In this document: positions 18,582 through 28,452 of the stretch, in pieces
Numbering within the stretch: the first letter of the stretch is position 1
How the letters are laid out: each line of letters begins with the position of its first letter
NCBI GenBank assembly: GCA_963713495.1
Contig: CAVQLX010000007.1
Span: forward strand, 755,736 to 819,735
DNA from: an uncultured delta proteobacterium
GTDB taxonomy: Bacteria > Desulfobacterota > Binatia > DP-6
DNA length: 64,000 nucleotides
Direction of reading: 5' to 3'
Translations under genes and position numbers: made by a program
Notes under the pieces: model-generated
Databases searched by the model: none
What the model saw: only the letters and a program-made list of their open reading frames with translations
What the model was told of the DNA's origin: nothing

Positions 18582-21500
18582 CTACCCGAAGCGCGCCGTC
18601 GCCAGCAAGGCGACGCGCCGCCCTGCAGAAGCAGAGCGGCGCGTCGGGAGGTCGGCGCCACTCGACAGTGCTGCGCCGACGAACCGGCCCGGGTCGCGCA
18701 AAGGGGGGAGGGGCGCGCCCCGGGCCGGAATGCGACTCAGGGCGCGGCAGTCGAGCGCCGGGGTTCCGAGCGGCGGGTCCTTCTCGCAGTCGCAGAGGGC
18801 GCCCGCGTCGGCGAAGGTCGGGTCGTCCGGGGCCAGGTCGGCCGCGGGGAATGCCGGTGTGTTGTCGTCGATGGTGCGGAGGAACGAGATCACGTCGGTG
18901 ACGGCGCTCGGGTCGCTGTCGAGGACGTTCGGGTCTCCTCCCGTCCCGGCGCGCCAGTGAGCCTGCGCTGCCGCCACGAGGTTCGGATCCGTTCCGATGC
19001 CGAATACCTCTTCGAGCGTCTGCGCTGCACCGTTGCGGAAGTAGGGCGCGCCGTCGCCGACGCCGAGCAGTGACGGGGTGTTGAACCCGTCGCCACCGAA
19101 GGCACCGACCACGGTGAGTGCCGGGGCCACGGTGTTGACGGGGCTGAGGGCGGTGGGGTGGCGAACCTCGATCGGGTTGGTGGCCGTGAAGGTACCGACC
19201 ACCCGTGCGATGCGGAGGCGCTCCACGGCTCCAGGAGCCGCCGGAACTTCACAGGCGCGGCCGGCGCCGGCAGCCGAGTTGAAGCCGTTCAGGAAGACGC
19301 CGAGGGGATCGGCGATGTTGACGATCCCGGTGTCCGTACCCGGCACCGGATTGACGTCGGCGGGGTCGTAGGTGACGCGGCTGGTGGTCCACTTGGCGCC
19401 GCTGTGGCAGGCGACGCAGTTGGCGCCGCCGGGAGCCGCCGCGCCGAAGATGTCGCGGCCACGGGTCGGATTGCCGCTGGTGCTGGGCGGCGCGATGGGG
19501 CTGCGGATGTTGAACGCGATCCAGTTGGTGATGTCGTCCTGCTGCAGCGCCCGGTGCGAGCTGGCGGGGCCGTAGTTGTGGACGTTGGGGTCGGAATCGG
19601 GGGTGATCCCGTCCATGTTGATGTCGGTGTTGACGGTGATGAAGCCGCGTCCGCCGAAGACGCTCCGCGTGTTCTGCTCGAAATCAGGGTTCTCGTCGCG
19701 GACCGGGGACCAGTTGAGCAGGCGCTGATCGGCGAGGCCCTCGGTGTTGCTGAAGGTGCCGGTGAGGTCGATGGTCTGGCGCGGACCGGCCTCGAACGAC
19801 CACGTCACGGCGTCGCTGTGGCCGTCGGGGTGGCAGGACGCGCAGCCGCCCCAGCCGCGGTCGGACCAGAACGGACGCGAGGTGAAGAAGTCGATCTTGC
19901 CGCGCAGGACGCTGAGCTGCGCCGGATCGGTCGGAAGCTCCGAGGAGCGGACGCGCTGCAGGACGGTGTTGCCGACGAGATCGGCGACGACGACGTCGCG
20001 AGTCGTCGGGCAGACGACGTAGCCGTGCGTGCCGTCGGCGTCGAGCACGATGCCGCGCGGGTTGCGGCCCGAGCTGGTCGCGTTGGCCGGATCGATGGTG
20101 AAGATGCGCGTGACCGGGCTCTGTGCGAACGGCCCGGGGCCGGTCGGCGCGTGGACGGTCGGCTTCCCGCCCTCGAAGTCCATGCGGACGATGAAGTCGC
20201 TGCCCTGGCTCACCACCCAGCACGCGCCGGTCGCGGTCGAGCAGTCGATGTCGACCGGCACCGACGGGAACATGCGATCGGTGTTGTCGCGAACCTGGGC
20301 GTCGAGCAGACCCGCCGGCAGGTCGAAGTTGATCCCGCGGTTCATGTTGAAGGTCTGGTCGGTGAGCTCGCTGTTCGTATTGGTGTCGAACACCGAGACC
20401 AGGCTCTGCACGTTGAGGTTGAAGCGCAGCGGCGGCTCGGGCGACGCCGCGGAGTTCGGGACCAGGCCGCGGCCGTCGAAGATCGCGATGCTCTGGAGGA
20501 GGTTCGGGAACGCGCCCGTCGGTTGCGCCTGGGTGCCGTCGGTGCCGCCGTCGGCGAAGATGGTGCGCGGGGCGTCTCCCGGCGTCGTGTTGACGAACGG
20601 ACCGCGGGCGAAGTTGAAGCCCGTGTCGGCCATCGGTGCCAGGATCACATGGCCGACCACGGCGTTGGTCGCGGTCGAGATGACGTCGACCACGGCCTCG
20701 CGGGAATCATCGAAGATGCCCTCGCCGACGACCGGCTGCCCCTTGGCTCCGGCCGGGAAGGGGGCGTTGTCGCTCCCTCCCAGGTTGGCGCTGCTCGGCG
20801 GGACGAATCCCGTCCGCGGACGGGCGAAGAAGTTCGGCACGTACAGCGTCTCGTCCAGGTCGTCCGCGTCGCCGTCGTTGGTGATGGCGAGCGCGCGAGG
20901 GCTGCGGCCGACCGGGATGGTCGCGATGACGCCGTTGGTGTTCGTGTCGATCACCTTCACGGCGTTGTCGTTCGCCAGGGCGACATAGACGAACCGGCCG
21001 TTCGGGGAGGCGACGAGCGCCTGGGGCTCGGTGCCCACGTCGACCGTCGCGACCGTCGTGTAGTTCTCCGTGTCGATGACCGACACCGTGCCGCTCACGG
21101 TGTTGGCGATGTACGCCCACGGCTTGCTCACCAGGGTCGCGACCGAGCGTGGCTCCTTCCCGACGGCCACCTCCTGGAGCTTGGTGAGGAGCTTGTCGTC
21201 ACCGATCTGGAAGAACGACGCGGTGTCGGTATCCGTGTTGACCGCGACGACCTTCCGGCCATCCGCGGTGACCTCGATCGGGCTGGACTTGTCGGCGCGG
21301 GTCGGCTGGCACTGGCAGGCGTCGTTGCACGTCTCGCCGACCTGGCAGCCGGTCGCGCTGCCGTCACACTGCTCGCCGAGACCCGTATCGACGACCGCAT
21401 CGCCGCACACCGAGGTCGCAGCGGTGAAGTCCACCGGCGCCTGCCCTTTGGTCCTGAGGGTCCCCGTCAGGACGGAGCAGTTCTGGGAGATGAGCGCCTT

Positions 21501-21800
21501 CACCCTGACCTTGGCGTTGACGCCGGTGCACTTGCCCTTCGGGTAGACGATCACGACCGCCGTGCCGTTCTTTTGCCGGCGTAGCTTTGCGTGACGCGCC
21601 GGACAGAGCGTCCCGAGTGCCAGCGTGCGGTTCTCCAGGACGACGAGCTCGCCGCCCGGTCCGAGCAGCGGCGCTCCCGAGACCGCGAACCGCCCGGCGG
21701 TGCAGAGAGGCGGCCTGGGAGCCGCGTGTGCGCCCGGGCCCTCGGCGGCGACGAAGGTTGCGGCCAGTGCGAACAGCAAGAGTTTCGAGCCGATCGACAT
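18582..21800 (-). CDS. Large secreted fusion protein. It has a signal peptide, a Cys-rich module, a YVTN-type beta-propeller and a C-terminal di-heme cytochrome c (CCP/MauG/DUF1111-like) domain
   Basis: ORF 18582-21800 (1072 aa), MSIGSKLLLFALAATFVAAEGPGAHAA. Propeller repeats VSGTVSVIDTEN...VYVALANDNAVKVIDTNT...RALAITNDG. Two CxxCH motifs (GGCASCHPDGH, ANCVACHSGAKW). Its stop lies 12 nt upstream of the ACAD start. Confidence 0.85.
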   Translation of the reverse strand: MSIGSKLLLFALAATFVAAEGPGAHAAPRPPLCTAGRFAVSGAPLLGPGGELVVLENRTLALGTLCPARHAKLRRQKNGTAVVIVYPKGKCTGVNAKVRVKALISQNCSVLTGTLRTKGQAPVDFTAATSVCGDAVVDTGLGEQCDGSATGCQVGETCNDACQCQPTRADKSSPIEVTADGRKVVAVNTDTDTASFFQIGDDKLLTKLQEVAVGKEPRSVATLVSKPWAYIANTVSGTVSVIDTENYTTVATVDVGTEPQALVASPNGRFVYVALANDNAVKVIDTNTNGVIATIPVGRSPRALAITNDGDADDLDETLYVPNFFARPRTGFVPPSSANLGGSDNAPFPAGAKGQPVVGEGIFDDSREAVVDVISTATNAVVGHVILAPMADTGFNFARGPFVNTTPGDAPRTIFADGGTDGTQAQPTGAFPNLLQSIAIFDGRGLVPNSAASPEPPLRFNLNVQSLVSVFDTNTNSELTDQTFNMNRGINFDLPAGLLDAQVRDNTDRMFPSVPVDIDCSTATGACWVVSQGSDFIVRMDFEGGKPTVHAPTGPGPFAQSPVTRIFTIDPANATSSGRNPRGIVLDADGTHGYVVCPTTRDVVVADLVGNTVLQRVRSSELPTDPAQLSVLRGKIDFFTSRPFWSDRGWGGCASCHPDGHSDAVTWSFEAGPRQTIDLTGTFSNTEGLADQRLLNWSPVRDENPDFEQNTRSVFGGRGFITVNTDINMDGITPDSDPNVHNYGPASSHRALQQDDITNWIAFNIRSPIAPPSTSGNPTRGRDIFGAAAPGGANCVACHSGAKWTTSRVTYDPADVNPVPGTDTGIVNIADPLGVFLNGFNSAAGAGRACEVPAAPGAVERLRIARVVGTFTATNPIEVRHPTALSPVNTVAPALTVVGAFGGDGFNTPSLLGVGDGAPYFRNGAAQTLEEVFGIGTDPNLVAAAQAHWRAGTGGDPNVLDSDPSAVTDVISFLRTIDDNTPAFPAADLAPDDPTFADAGALCDCEKDPPLGTPALDCRALSRIPARGAPLPPLRDPGRFVGAALSSGADLPTRRSASAGRRVALLATARFG

Positions 21801-22178
21801 CGGAGTGTCCCCCCCAACGCCCCTGGCGGGGCGTACAGCTTCGACCGCGCACCAGTGCGTGGTCGAATGAGCAAAGTGCCTACGACCCTCGGGTCAGGCG
21901 GATTTGATCCAGCCCCTCCATCCGGAGGGCGTTCCGAAGGCCATCGAGCAGGGTTCCCCGACGCGCGGGCATGGATCGGTCGCGATGCATGACGTCGGCC
22001 TCGATGGTTTCAATATCGACCTTACGCCTGGGACGCTCCGCCGGATCATCGCGCGGGACCTTCCGCCGCGTCCGGCGTGCCCGCCGCATGCGTGATGAAT
22101 TCGAGACCTCGATGGATACCAGACCGACGCGCCCACGGAAGACGCGATTTTGCGCTCCGGATGCGTGGACCCGGAGCT

Positions 22179-23564
22179 TCAGGCCGCCAGCCGCTCGACG
22201 GCCGCCTCGAGGCGGCGGCCGTAGAAACGCAGGCAATTGCCGGCCAGGAGCTTGGCGAGATGCTCGCGCCCGTAGGGTCGAACGCGCGCGACGTTCTTCA
22301 CGCAGTCCGTCAGCACGCCGTCCCAGTGTCCGTAGTCCGCGCTGAAGCAGGCGAGGTCCTCGCCCATCTCGCCGAGCGCCTCACGCAGGTAGGCGGGCGC
22401 AGGGTCGTCGGACTCGAAGCTCAGGAAGATCTGGCCGCGGCGGAAGAAGTCCACCGGATCATGGTCCAGCGCGCGATGCTCCATCAGGAACGCGTCGGTG
22501 TCGCCGGAGCGCGTCTCGTGCGAGGTGCGACGGTAGAGATGCAGCGCCTGGCGGATCTTGCGCAGGGGATGGCGACCGCCGTCGGCGCCGACCCGCTCCC
22601 GCAACAGCTCGCGCGCGAACCGTCCCCGCGGCATGCGGGTCCCGGGGTCGAAGTCCCGGATGCGTTTCTCCCAGTGCTCGTGGAACGCGTGCACCAGATC
22701 CGGGACCCAGCCGCATCCGGCCTCGAGGAACCCCATGCGCAGCGTCGGGAAGCGGTCGAACAGGCCCTCGAACACGCTGGCGGCGAGCGCCATCTGCATC
22801 TGGTTCCGGTGACCGAAGATGTGCGACAGGATGAAGGTGTCGACCTGCTCGGCGATGCCGGACGGCAGGTAGACGCCCGGCGATCCGTGCACGCCGACGG
22901 CGACGTCCAGCTCGACCGCCGCCGCGAGGACGGGATGGAAGTCCGGGTGACAGACGTGCTTCGGCAGCCGCACCGCCGGGAACGCGTCCGGCGCCGCCGG
23001 ATGCGGCACCGGCACGCTCGGCGGGAGGTGGACGCCGATCATCCCGAGCTCCTCGACGCAGCGGCGGACTTCCCGCACCGCCTCGCCGACGTCGGCCAGC
23101 GAGATGAAGCCCACCGGGAAGAGCCGCCCGCGCCACGCGCGGCAGTCGTCCGCGATGTAGCTGTTGTAGGCCCGCATGCAGGCGACCGCGAGCTCGGGAT
23201 CGAGGATGGACTCGAAGCTGAGCGTCATCGAGCCGTAGAGCACCTGCGCGTCGATGCCTTCCCGATCCATGTGCTCGACGCGGATGCGGTTGAAGACGCC
23301 GCCGATCGCGGTCTCGGGATGGATCGCGGCGAACGCGCCCTTCCCCGGACCCTCGGGCTGCGGGAACACGCGCTCCAGCTCCGGACGGCCGGTGCGCGGG
23401 TCGAGGTCGCGGATCACGAGGCGCGGCTGTCCGTGGCGATCCGTGCGCGACGAGAGTCGTGCGCGGTGCGCCGCATCCAGGTAGTCGAAGAAGACCACCG
23501 GGTTCTCCATCTTGTGCGCGTCGGCGTCGACCACCAGCAGGCCGTCGAACATGATGGCGGTCAT
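22179..23564 (-). CDS. Amidohydrolase-2 family metal-dependent hydrolase (ACMSD-like)
   Basis: ORF 22179-23564, MTAIMFDGLLVVDADAHKMENP...HIFGHRNQ...FLEAGCGWVP. Confidence 0.8.
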   Translation of the reverse strand: MTAIMFDGLLVVDADAHKMENPVVFFDYLDAAHRARLSSRTDRHGQPRLVIRDLDPRTGRPELERVFPQPEGPGKGAFAAIHPETAIGGVFNRIRVEHMDREGIDAQVLYGSMTLSFESILDPELAVACMRAYNSYIADDCRAWRGRLFPVGFISLADVGEAVREVRRCVEELGMIGVHLPPSVPVPHPAAPDAFPAVRLPKHVCHPDFHPVLAAAVELDVAVGVHGSPGVYLPSGIAEQVDTFILSHIFGHRNQMQMALAASVFEGLFDRFPTLRMGFLEAGCGWVPDLVHAFHEHWEKRIRDFDPGTRMPRGRFARELLRERVGADGGRHPLRKIRQALHLYRRTSHETRSGDTDAFLMEHRALDHDPVDFFRRGQIFLSFESDDPAPAYLREALGEMGEDLACFSADYGHWDGVLTDCVKNVARVRPYGREHLAKLLAGNCLRFYGRRLEAAVERLAA

Positions 23565-23611
23565 ACCAGCCCGGCTTGACGCGGGCGATCCCGGTACGCG
23601 AAACGGAGGTG

Positions 23612-24793
23612 ATGGATGCGAAGCAGGGCGCCCGGGAGCGGCTGGCTGCCGCCGAGGCGGACCTGCTCGCCCTCAGCCGCCGCATCCACGCGCGACCCGA
23701 GCTCGCCTTCGAGGAGGAGTGCGCGGCGGGATGGCTGGCGGACGTGCTCGATGCCGCGGGATTCCGCGTGCGGCGTGGCGTCTGCGACCTCCCCACCGCA
23801 TTCGTCGCCACCGCCGGGTCGGGACCGCTGCACGTCGCGATCTGCGCCGAGTACGACGCGCTGCCCGACATCGGCCATGCCTGCGGGCACAACCTGATCG
23901 CCGCGCTCGCGGTCGGCGCCGGTCTCGCCGCGGCGCATGTCGCGGACGACGCCGGCCTCACCGTCAGCGTGGTCGGGACGCCCGCCGAGGAGAGCGGCGG
24001 CGGCAAGATCCTGCTGCTCGAGCGCGGCGCGTTCGCCGGCGTGCATACGGCGATGATGGTGCATCCCGCGCCGTTCGACATGGCGGAGCCGCCCACCCTC
24101 GCCTTCTCCGAGTTCGAGGCGCACTTCCACGGCAAGGCGTCGCACGCCTCCGCCGCGCCGGAGCTGGGCGTGAACGCCGCCGACGCGCTCGTGGTCGCGC
24201 AGACGGCCATCGGCCTGCTGCGGCAGCACATCCGGCCCACCGATCGCGTGCACGGCATCGTCACGCGCGGAGGCGAGGCGCCGAACATCGTGCCGGCGCA
24301 CACGACGGGACGGTACTACGTGCGCGCGCGCACGCGCGGCGACCTCGAGGACATTCGCCAGAAGGTGCTGCGCTGCTTCGAGGCAGGCGCGCTGGCGACC
24401 GGATGCACGCTGCGCATCGACGGCTCGGCCGCGCCGTATGCGGAGGTCCGGCACGACTCCGCGCTGGCCGCGCTCTACCGCGGCAACGCCGAGGCGCTCG
24501 GACGGACGTTCATCGAGTCGCGTCGGGAGATGTCGCGCTTCGCGGGCTCCACCGACATGGGCAACGTCTCGCACGCCATGCCGTCGATCCATCCCATGAT
24601 CGGCCTCTCCTGCCTGCCGGCGGTGAATCACCAGCCGGAGTTCACCGCCCACTGCGTCGGCCCGGAAGCCGACCGCGTCCTGCTCGACGGCGCGCTGGCG
24701 CTCGCGTGGACCGCGGTGGACGTCGCCACCGACGACGTCCTCTCGGCGCGCCTGCGCGCGCGACCGGCTACTGGTGCGACTGGAGCGAGGTGA
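23612..24793 (+). CDS. M20D-family amidohydrolase/peptidase (hippurate-hydrolase-like)
   Basis: In ORF 23576-24793; GGAGG RBS then ATG 23612; MDAKQGARERLAAAEADLLALSRRIHARPELAFEE...ACGHN...GTPAEESGGGK. Confidence 0.85.
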   Translation: MDAKQGARERLAAAEADLLALSRRIHARPELAFEEECAAGWLADVLDAAGFRVRRGVCDLPTAFVATAGSGPLHVAICAEYDALPDIGHACGHNLIAALAVGAGLAAAHVADDAGLTVSVVGTPAEESGGGKILLLERGAFAGVHTAMMVHPAPFDMAEPPTLAFSEFEAHFHGKASHASAAPELGVNAADALVVAQTAIGLLRQHIRPTDRVHGIVTRGGEAPNIVPAHTTGRYYVRARTRGDLEDIRQKVLRCFEAGALATGCTLRIDGSAAPYAEVRHDSALAALYRGNAEALGRTFIESRREMSRFAGSTDMGNVSHAMPSIHPMIGLSCLPAVNHQPEFTAHCVGPEADRVLLDGALALAWTAVDVATDDVLSARLRARPATGATGAR

Positions 24794-25314
24794 GCAGCGC
24801 CTCGAACTGAGGCTTCGCGGCCTTGACCGTCGCGTCCGGGCCGGTCAGCCGCCAGAACCAGGGTCCACCCGGTCCCTCGATCACCGCGGCGAGGAGCCGC
24901 CAGCCCGGCCTTCGCCTCGCCGCCCGCGCCCCCCATCTGCGCCGGCTGGTACGAGCCGGCGACCTCGACGGACGTTTCCTTGAGACCGTTGACGGTGCGG
25001 ATCATCACCACGCGGGCGTCCTTTGACGACTTGCCGTCGGGCTGGGTGAACTGGCCCGTCCAGCGGTCGACGTTCTGGTCGGCGCTCCCGCCCTGCTCCT
25101 TGCCGAAGAAGAAGAGCACGAGCTCGCCGTCCTCGCCGTCGCCTTCCGTGTGCGGAACACGGAACTGCGCCGCGCGCATGTCCGACGGGGCCGGGACGCG
25201 CGCCCAGTCGCCGGGCACCTGAAATCGCAGGCCCGCGGCTTCGGATCGCATCGTGTCGGCGGCGACGGGCACGGCCACGGCGACGGCGAGCAGGGCCAGC
25301 AGCGCTCCACGCAT
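24768..25314 (-). CDS. Secreted hypothetical protein (signal peptide); reading frame interrupted near 24890-24935 at a C6/G6 homopolymer
   Basis: ORF 24628-25314, MRGALLALLAVAVAVPVAA...VEVAGSYQPAQMGG, then low-complexity junk. A shifted frame reads WRLLAAVIEGPGGPWFWRLTGPDATVKAAKPQFEALLTSLQSHQ with TAG at complement 24768-24770. Confidence 0.5.
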
Positions 25315-25368
25315 GCGCGTCCCTAGCGCTGCGCGCGGGCGGTGGTCAACCCGCCCGGATGACAGCGG

Positions 25369-26130
25369 TCACAGGATGAGCCGCCGCCGGACGAGCCGTT
25401 CGGCGACGACGAAGCCCGCGACCGCCACGATGACCAGCCACGCGACGTCTCCCGCCAGCGCCGCGCTCGGGGCGCCCGCGACGAGGCCGCGGCTCAGCCG
25501 GACGGCGTGCGTCAGCGGCAGGAACCATGCCACGGCTTGCGCCCACGACGGGAGGCTGGCGAGCGGGAAGAACACACCGCAGAAGAACACCATCAACGAG
25601 ATGCCGAGCGTGAAGTAGTAGTCGAAGAACGAGTACGATCCGGCGCGCGCGGTCGCGATCATGCCGAGCGCCGCGAACGTGAGCCCGCTCAGGAACGCGA
25701 CCGGCAGCGTGCCGAGGGCGAGCCAGCTCGGCAGCAGGCCGGCGACGCCGGTGACGATCAGCACGAAGGACACGGCGAGGACGCTCTTCGTCGCGGCCCA
25801 GAGGATGTCGCCCGCCACGATGTCGGCCACCGAGCACGGCGTCGCCAGGATCGCGGCATAGGTGTTCTGCTCGTGCAGGCGCGTGAACGAGCCGATGGTG
25901 GTCTCGAACGACGCGCTGTTCATCGCCGCGGTCGCCAGGATGCCCGGCGTGAGGAACACCACATAGGGCAGCCCGTCGATGTTCGCCACGAAGCGACCCA
26001 GGCCGTACCCGATGGACGCGAGGTAGAAGATGGGATTGCCGAGCGAGGCGACGAGGAAGGAGATCGAGAACCGCTTCCACGACTCGAAGTTGCGTCGCCA
26101 GACGCGCAGCGCGCCGATGCCGGGTCGCAT
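25369..26130 (-). CDS. ABC-2 type transporter permease
   Basis: C-terminal 253 aa of ORF 25369-27930, MRPGIGALRVWRRNFESWKRFSISFLV..., six TM helices. Start lies 2 nt after the ATPase stop. Confidence 0.85.
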   Translation of the reverse strand: MRPGIGALRVWRRNFESWKRFSISFLVASLGNPIFYLASIGYGLGRFVANIDGLPYVVFLTPGILATAAMNSASFETTIGSFTRLHEQNTYAAILATPCSVADIVAGDILWAATKSVLAVSFVLIVTGVAGLLPSWLALGTLPVAFLSGLTFAALGMIATARAGSYSFFDYYFTLGISLMVFFCGVFFPLASLPSWAQAVAWFLPLTHAVRLSRGLVAGAPSAALAGDVAWLVIVAVAGFVVAERLVRRRLIL

Positions 26131-26132
26131 GC

Positions 26133-27065
26133 TCAGTCTCGCAGGGTGTGCCCGGTGAGGGTCAGGAAGACGTCCTCCAGGGTGGCCCGGCGGCGGCCGA
26201 CGTCGAGGCCGCCGAGCCGGTCGAGCAGCGCGTCGGCGTGGCCGTCGCGCAGGTAGAGGTAGAGCATCCGGCCGACGTGCTCGCTGCGCCACGGTCCGTG
26301 CCCGAGCCGCGCGACGATCGCCGCGGCGTCGGCGTCGTCGGGGAGATGCACCTCGATCACCTCGGTGCCGACGCGGCCGGCGATCAGCGTGGCCGCGTCG
26401 CCCTCGGCGACGATGCGGCCGCCGTCCATGATGATCAGCCGATCGCACAGCGTGGCCGCCTCCTCCATGTAGTGGGTCGTCAGCAGGATGGTGGTGCCGC
26501 CGCGCTTGAGGGTGCGGATGCGCTCCCAGACCAGCCGCCGCGCCTGCGGGTCGAGTCCGGTCGTCGGCTCGTCGAGGATGAGCAGCCGGGGCTCGTTCAG
26601 CAGCGCGCGCGCCAGCATGAGACGGCGGCGCATGCCGCCGGAGAGCGTCTTGATGCGCTCGCGGCGGTGATCGCCGAGCTCCGCGAACGCGATCAGCTCC
26701 TCGGTGCGCTGCGCGGCCACGCGCGACGGGATGCCGAAGTAGCTGGCGTAGACGAGCAGGTTCTTCTCGACGCTCAGATCGGGGTCGAGGCTGTCCTCCT
26801 GCGACACCATGCCCACCTGCGCCTTGATCCGGCGCGCGGTCGCGGGACCGAACGGCAGGCCGAGGACCCACACCTCGCCGGCGGTCGGCACCGCGAAGCC
26901 GGTGAGCATCCGGATGGTCGTCGTCTTCCCGGCTCCGTTCGGACCGAGCAGGCCGACGCACTCCCCCGCCTCGACGCGGAAGCTCAGATCGACGACCGCC
27001 TGGCGTTCGCCGAACCGCTTGGCGAGCGCACGGGTCTCCACGACGGGTCCGGGCACGTCGAGCAA
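26133..27065 (-). CDS. ABC transporter ATP-binding protein (DrrA/NodI-like)
   Basis: ORF 26133-27065; Walker A GPNGAGKTT, signature LSGGMRRRL, Walker B LLILDEPT. The TTG/GTG start is uncertain. Confidence 0.9.
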   Translation of the reverse strand: MLDVPGPVVETRALAKRFGERQAVVDLSFRVEAGECVGLLGPNGAGKTTTIRMLTGFAVPTAGEVWVLGLPFGPATARRIKAQVGMVSQEDSLDPDLSVEKNLLVYASYFGIPSRVAAQRTEELIAFAELGDHRRERIKTLSGGMRRRLMLARALLNEPRLLILDEPTTGLDPQARRLVWERIRTLKRGGTTILLTTHYMEEAATLCDRLIIMDGGRIVAEGDAATLIAGRVGTEVIEVHLPDDADAAAIVARLGHGPWRSEHVGRMLYLYLRDGHADALLDRLGGLDVGRRRATLEDVFLTLTGHTLRD

Positions 27066-27117
27066 TCTCGCACGGCGGGCGCCTCACGCAACCCATGCTT
27101 GCGCGGCGGGCCGCGCC

Positions 27118-28452
27118 GTGCGAGGCGATGCGACGCGATGGCGGCGAAGGGACGGCGACTCGCGCTGGCGGACGCGGCAGGCGCTCGTCCATCCGCGCGA
27201 CACCATCGCGTGCGGCTTCGTGAGCGGACAGCCGACGGGCCTCCTCGGCGCGCTCGCGACGCGCGGCGACCTCGAGGACATCGTCCTCTACACGGGGCTG
27301 CTCGTCGAGCCGTACGCCTTCCTGCAGAACCCGCACGTCCGGGTGCTGAGCGCCTTCTTCGGGCCCATCGAGCGCATGGCGCGGGCGGCGGGGGTTCCCG
27401 TCGAGCTGCTCGCCGTCGACTTCCACGGTCTCGAGCGCGTGGCACGGCGGCTGCGCCCGCGCGTCGTCCTGGCGGCCACCACGCCGCCGGACGCCGACGG
27501 CTGGCTCAGCTTCGGGACGCACGCCGGCGCGACGTACGTGCCGTTCCTGGAGGCGGCGCGCGACCCCGATCGCCTGGTGATCGCCGAGGTGAACGCGCAC
27601 ATGCCACGCACGGCCGGGATCCCGGAGCACGGCGACAACCGCATCCACGTCTCCGAGGTGGACGCCTGGGTCGAGCACGACCACGACCTCGTCGTGCTCC
27701 CGCCCGATCCGCCGTCGCCCGAGGAGGTCGCCATCGCGCGCAACGCCGCGGCGCTCATCGACGACGGCGCCACGCTGCAGTTCGGCATCGGCGCCGTCCC
27801 CGACGAGATCGCGGGTCTGCTCGCCGCCGGCACGTCGGGCGAGTTCGGGATCCACACCGAGATGATCTCCGACGGCGTCATGACGCTGCAGCGGTCCGGC
27901 AAGGTGACGAACCACCGCAAGGGCCTCCACGACGGCTACACGGTCGCGACGTTCGCCCTCGGCGGCACGGACCTCTACGGCTGGCTCGACGGCAACGCCG
28001 AGGTCCGCATGCTACCGGTCTCTGCGGTGAACGATCCGGCGCTGCTCCGCCAGCTCCGCCGCTTCGTCAGCATCAACGGCGCGCTCGCCATCGACCTGCT
28101 GGGGCAGGTCGCGGCCGACTACATCGGCGGCCGCCAGTACTCGGGCGTGGGCGGCGCCGAATCGTTCGTCATGGGCGCGTCCGAGGCGCCGGGCGGGAAG
28201 AGCCTGCTTTGCCTGAGATCGACCGCCACGGTCCATGGACGGCGCATCTCCACCATCGTGCCGCGGCTGGGTGCCGACGCCTGCGTCACCACGCCGCGGC
28301 ACCACGTGCAATGGGTCGTCACCGAGCACGGCGCCGCCGATCTCTCGGTCCTCGGCGACCTCGAGCGGGCTCGCGCGCTCATCGCGCTCGCCCATCCCGA
28401 CTTCCGCGACGAGCTGGCACGAGCCGACCCGTTCCGGCAGACTCCGCCGCGC
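27118..28452 (+). CDS. Acetyl-CoA hydrolase/transferase family protein (4-hydroxybutyrate CoA-transferase-like). There is no in-frame stop before the downstream alpha/beta-hydrolase ATG
   Basis: Frame of ORF 26809-28746; LQFGIGAVPDEI, HTEMISDGV, YSGVGGAESFV, ALAHPDFRDEL. GTG 27118 is a candidate start and the N-terminus is uncertain. Confidence 0.7.

Noticed and set aside
21880-22236. ORFs 21880-22236 (minus) and 21904-22095 (plus) in the long leader
   Set aside because: Short Arg-rich translations, mutually overlapping, with no RBS or homology signal. They are more likely non-coding.
27138-27200. A frameshift at the CoA-transferase N-terminus (ATG 27138 in a different frame)
   Set aside because: A GTG at 27118 in the main frame provides an adequate start upstream of the conserved RQALVHPRDTIACGF motif, so no frame change is needed.
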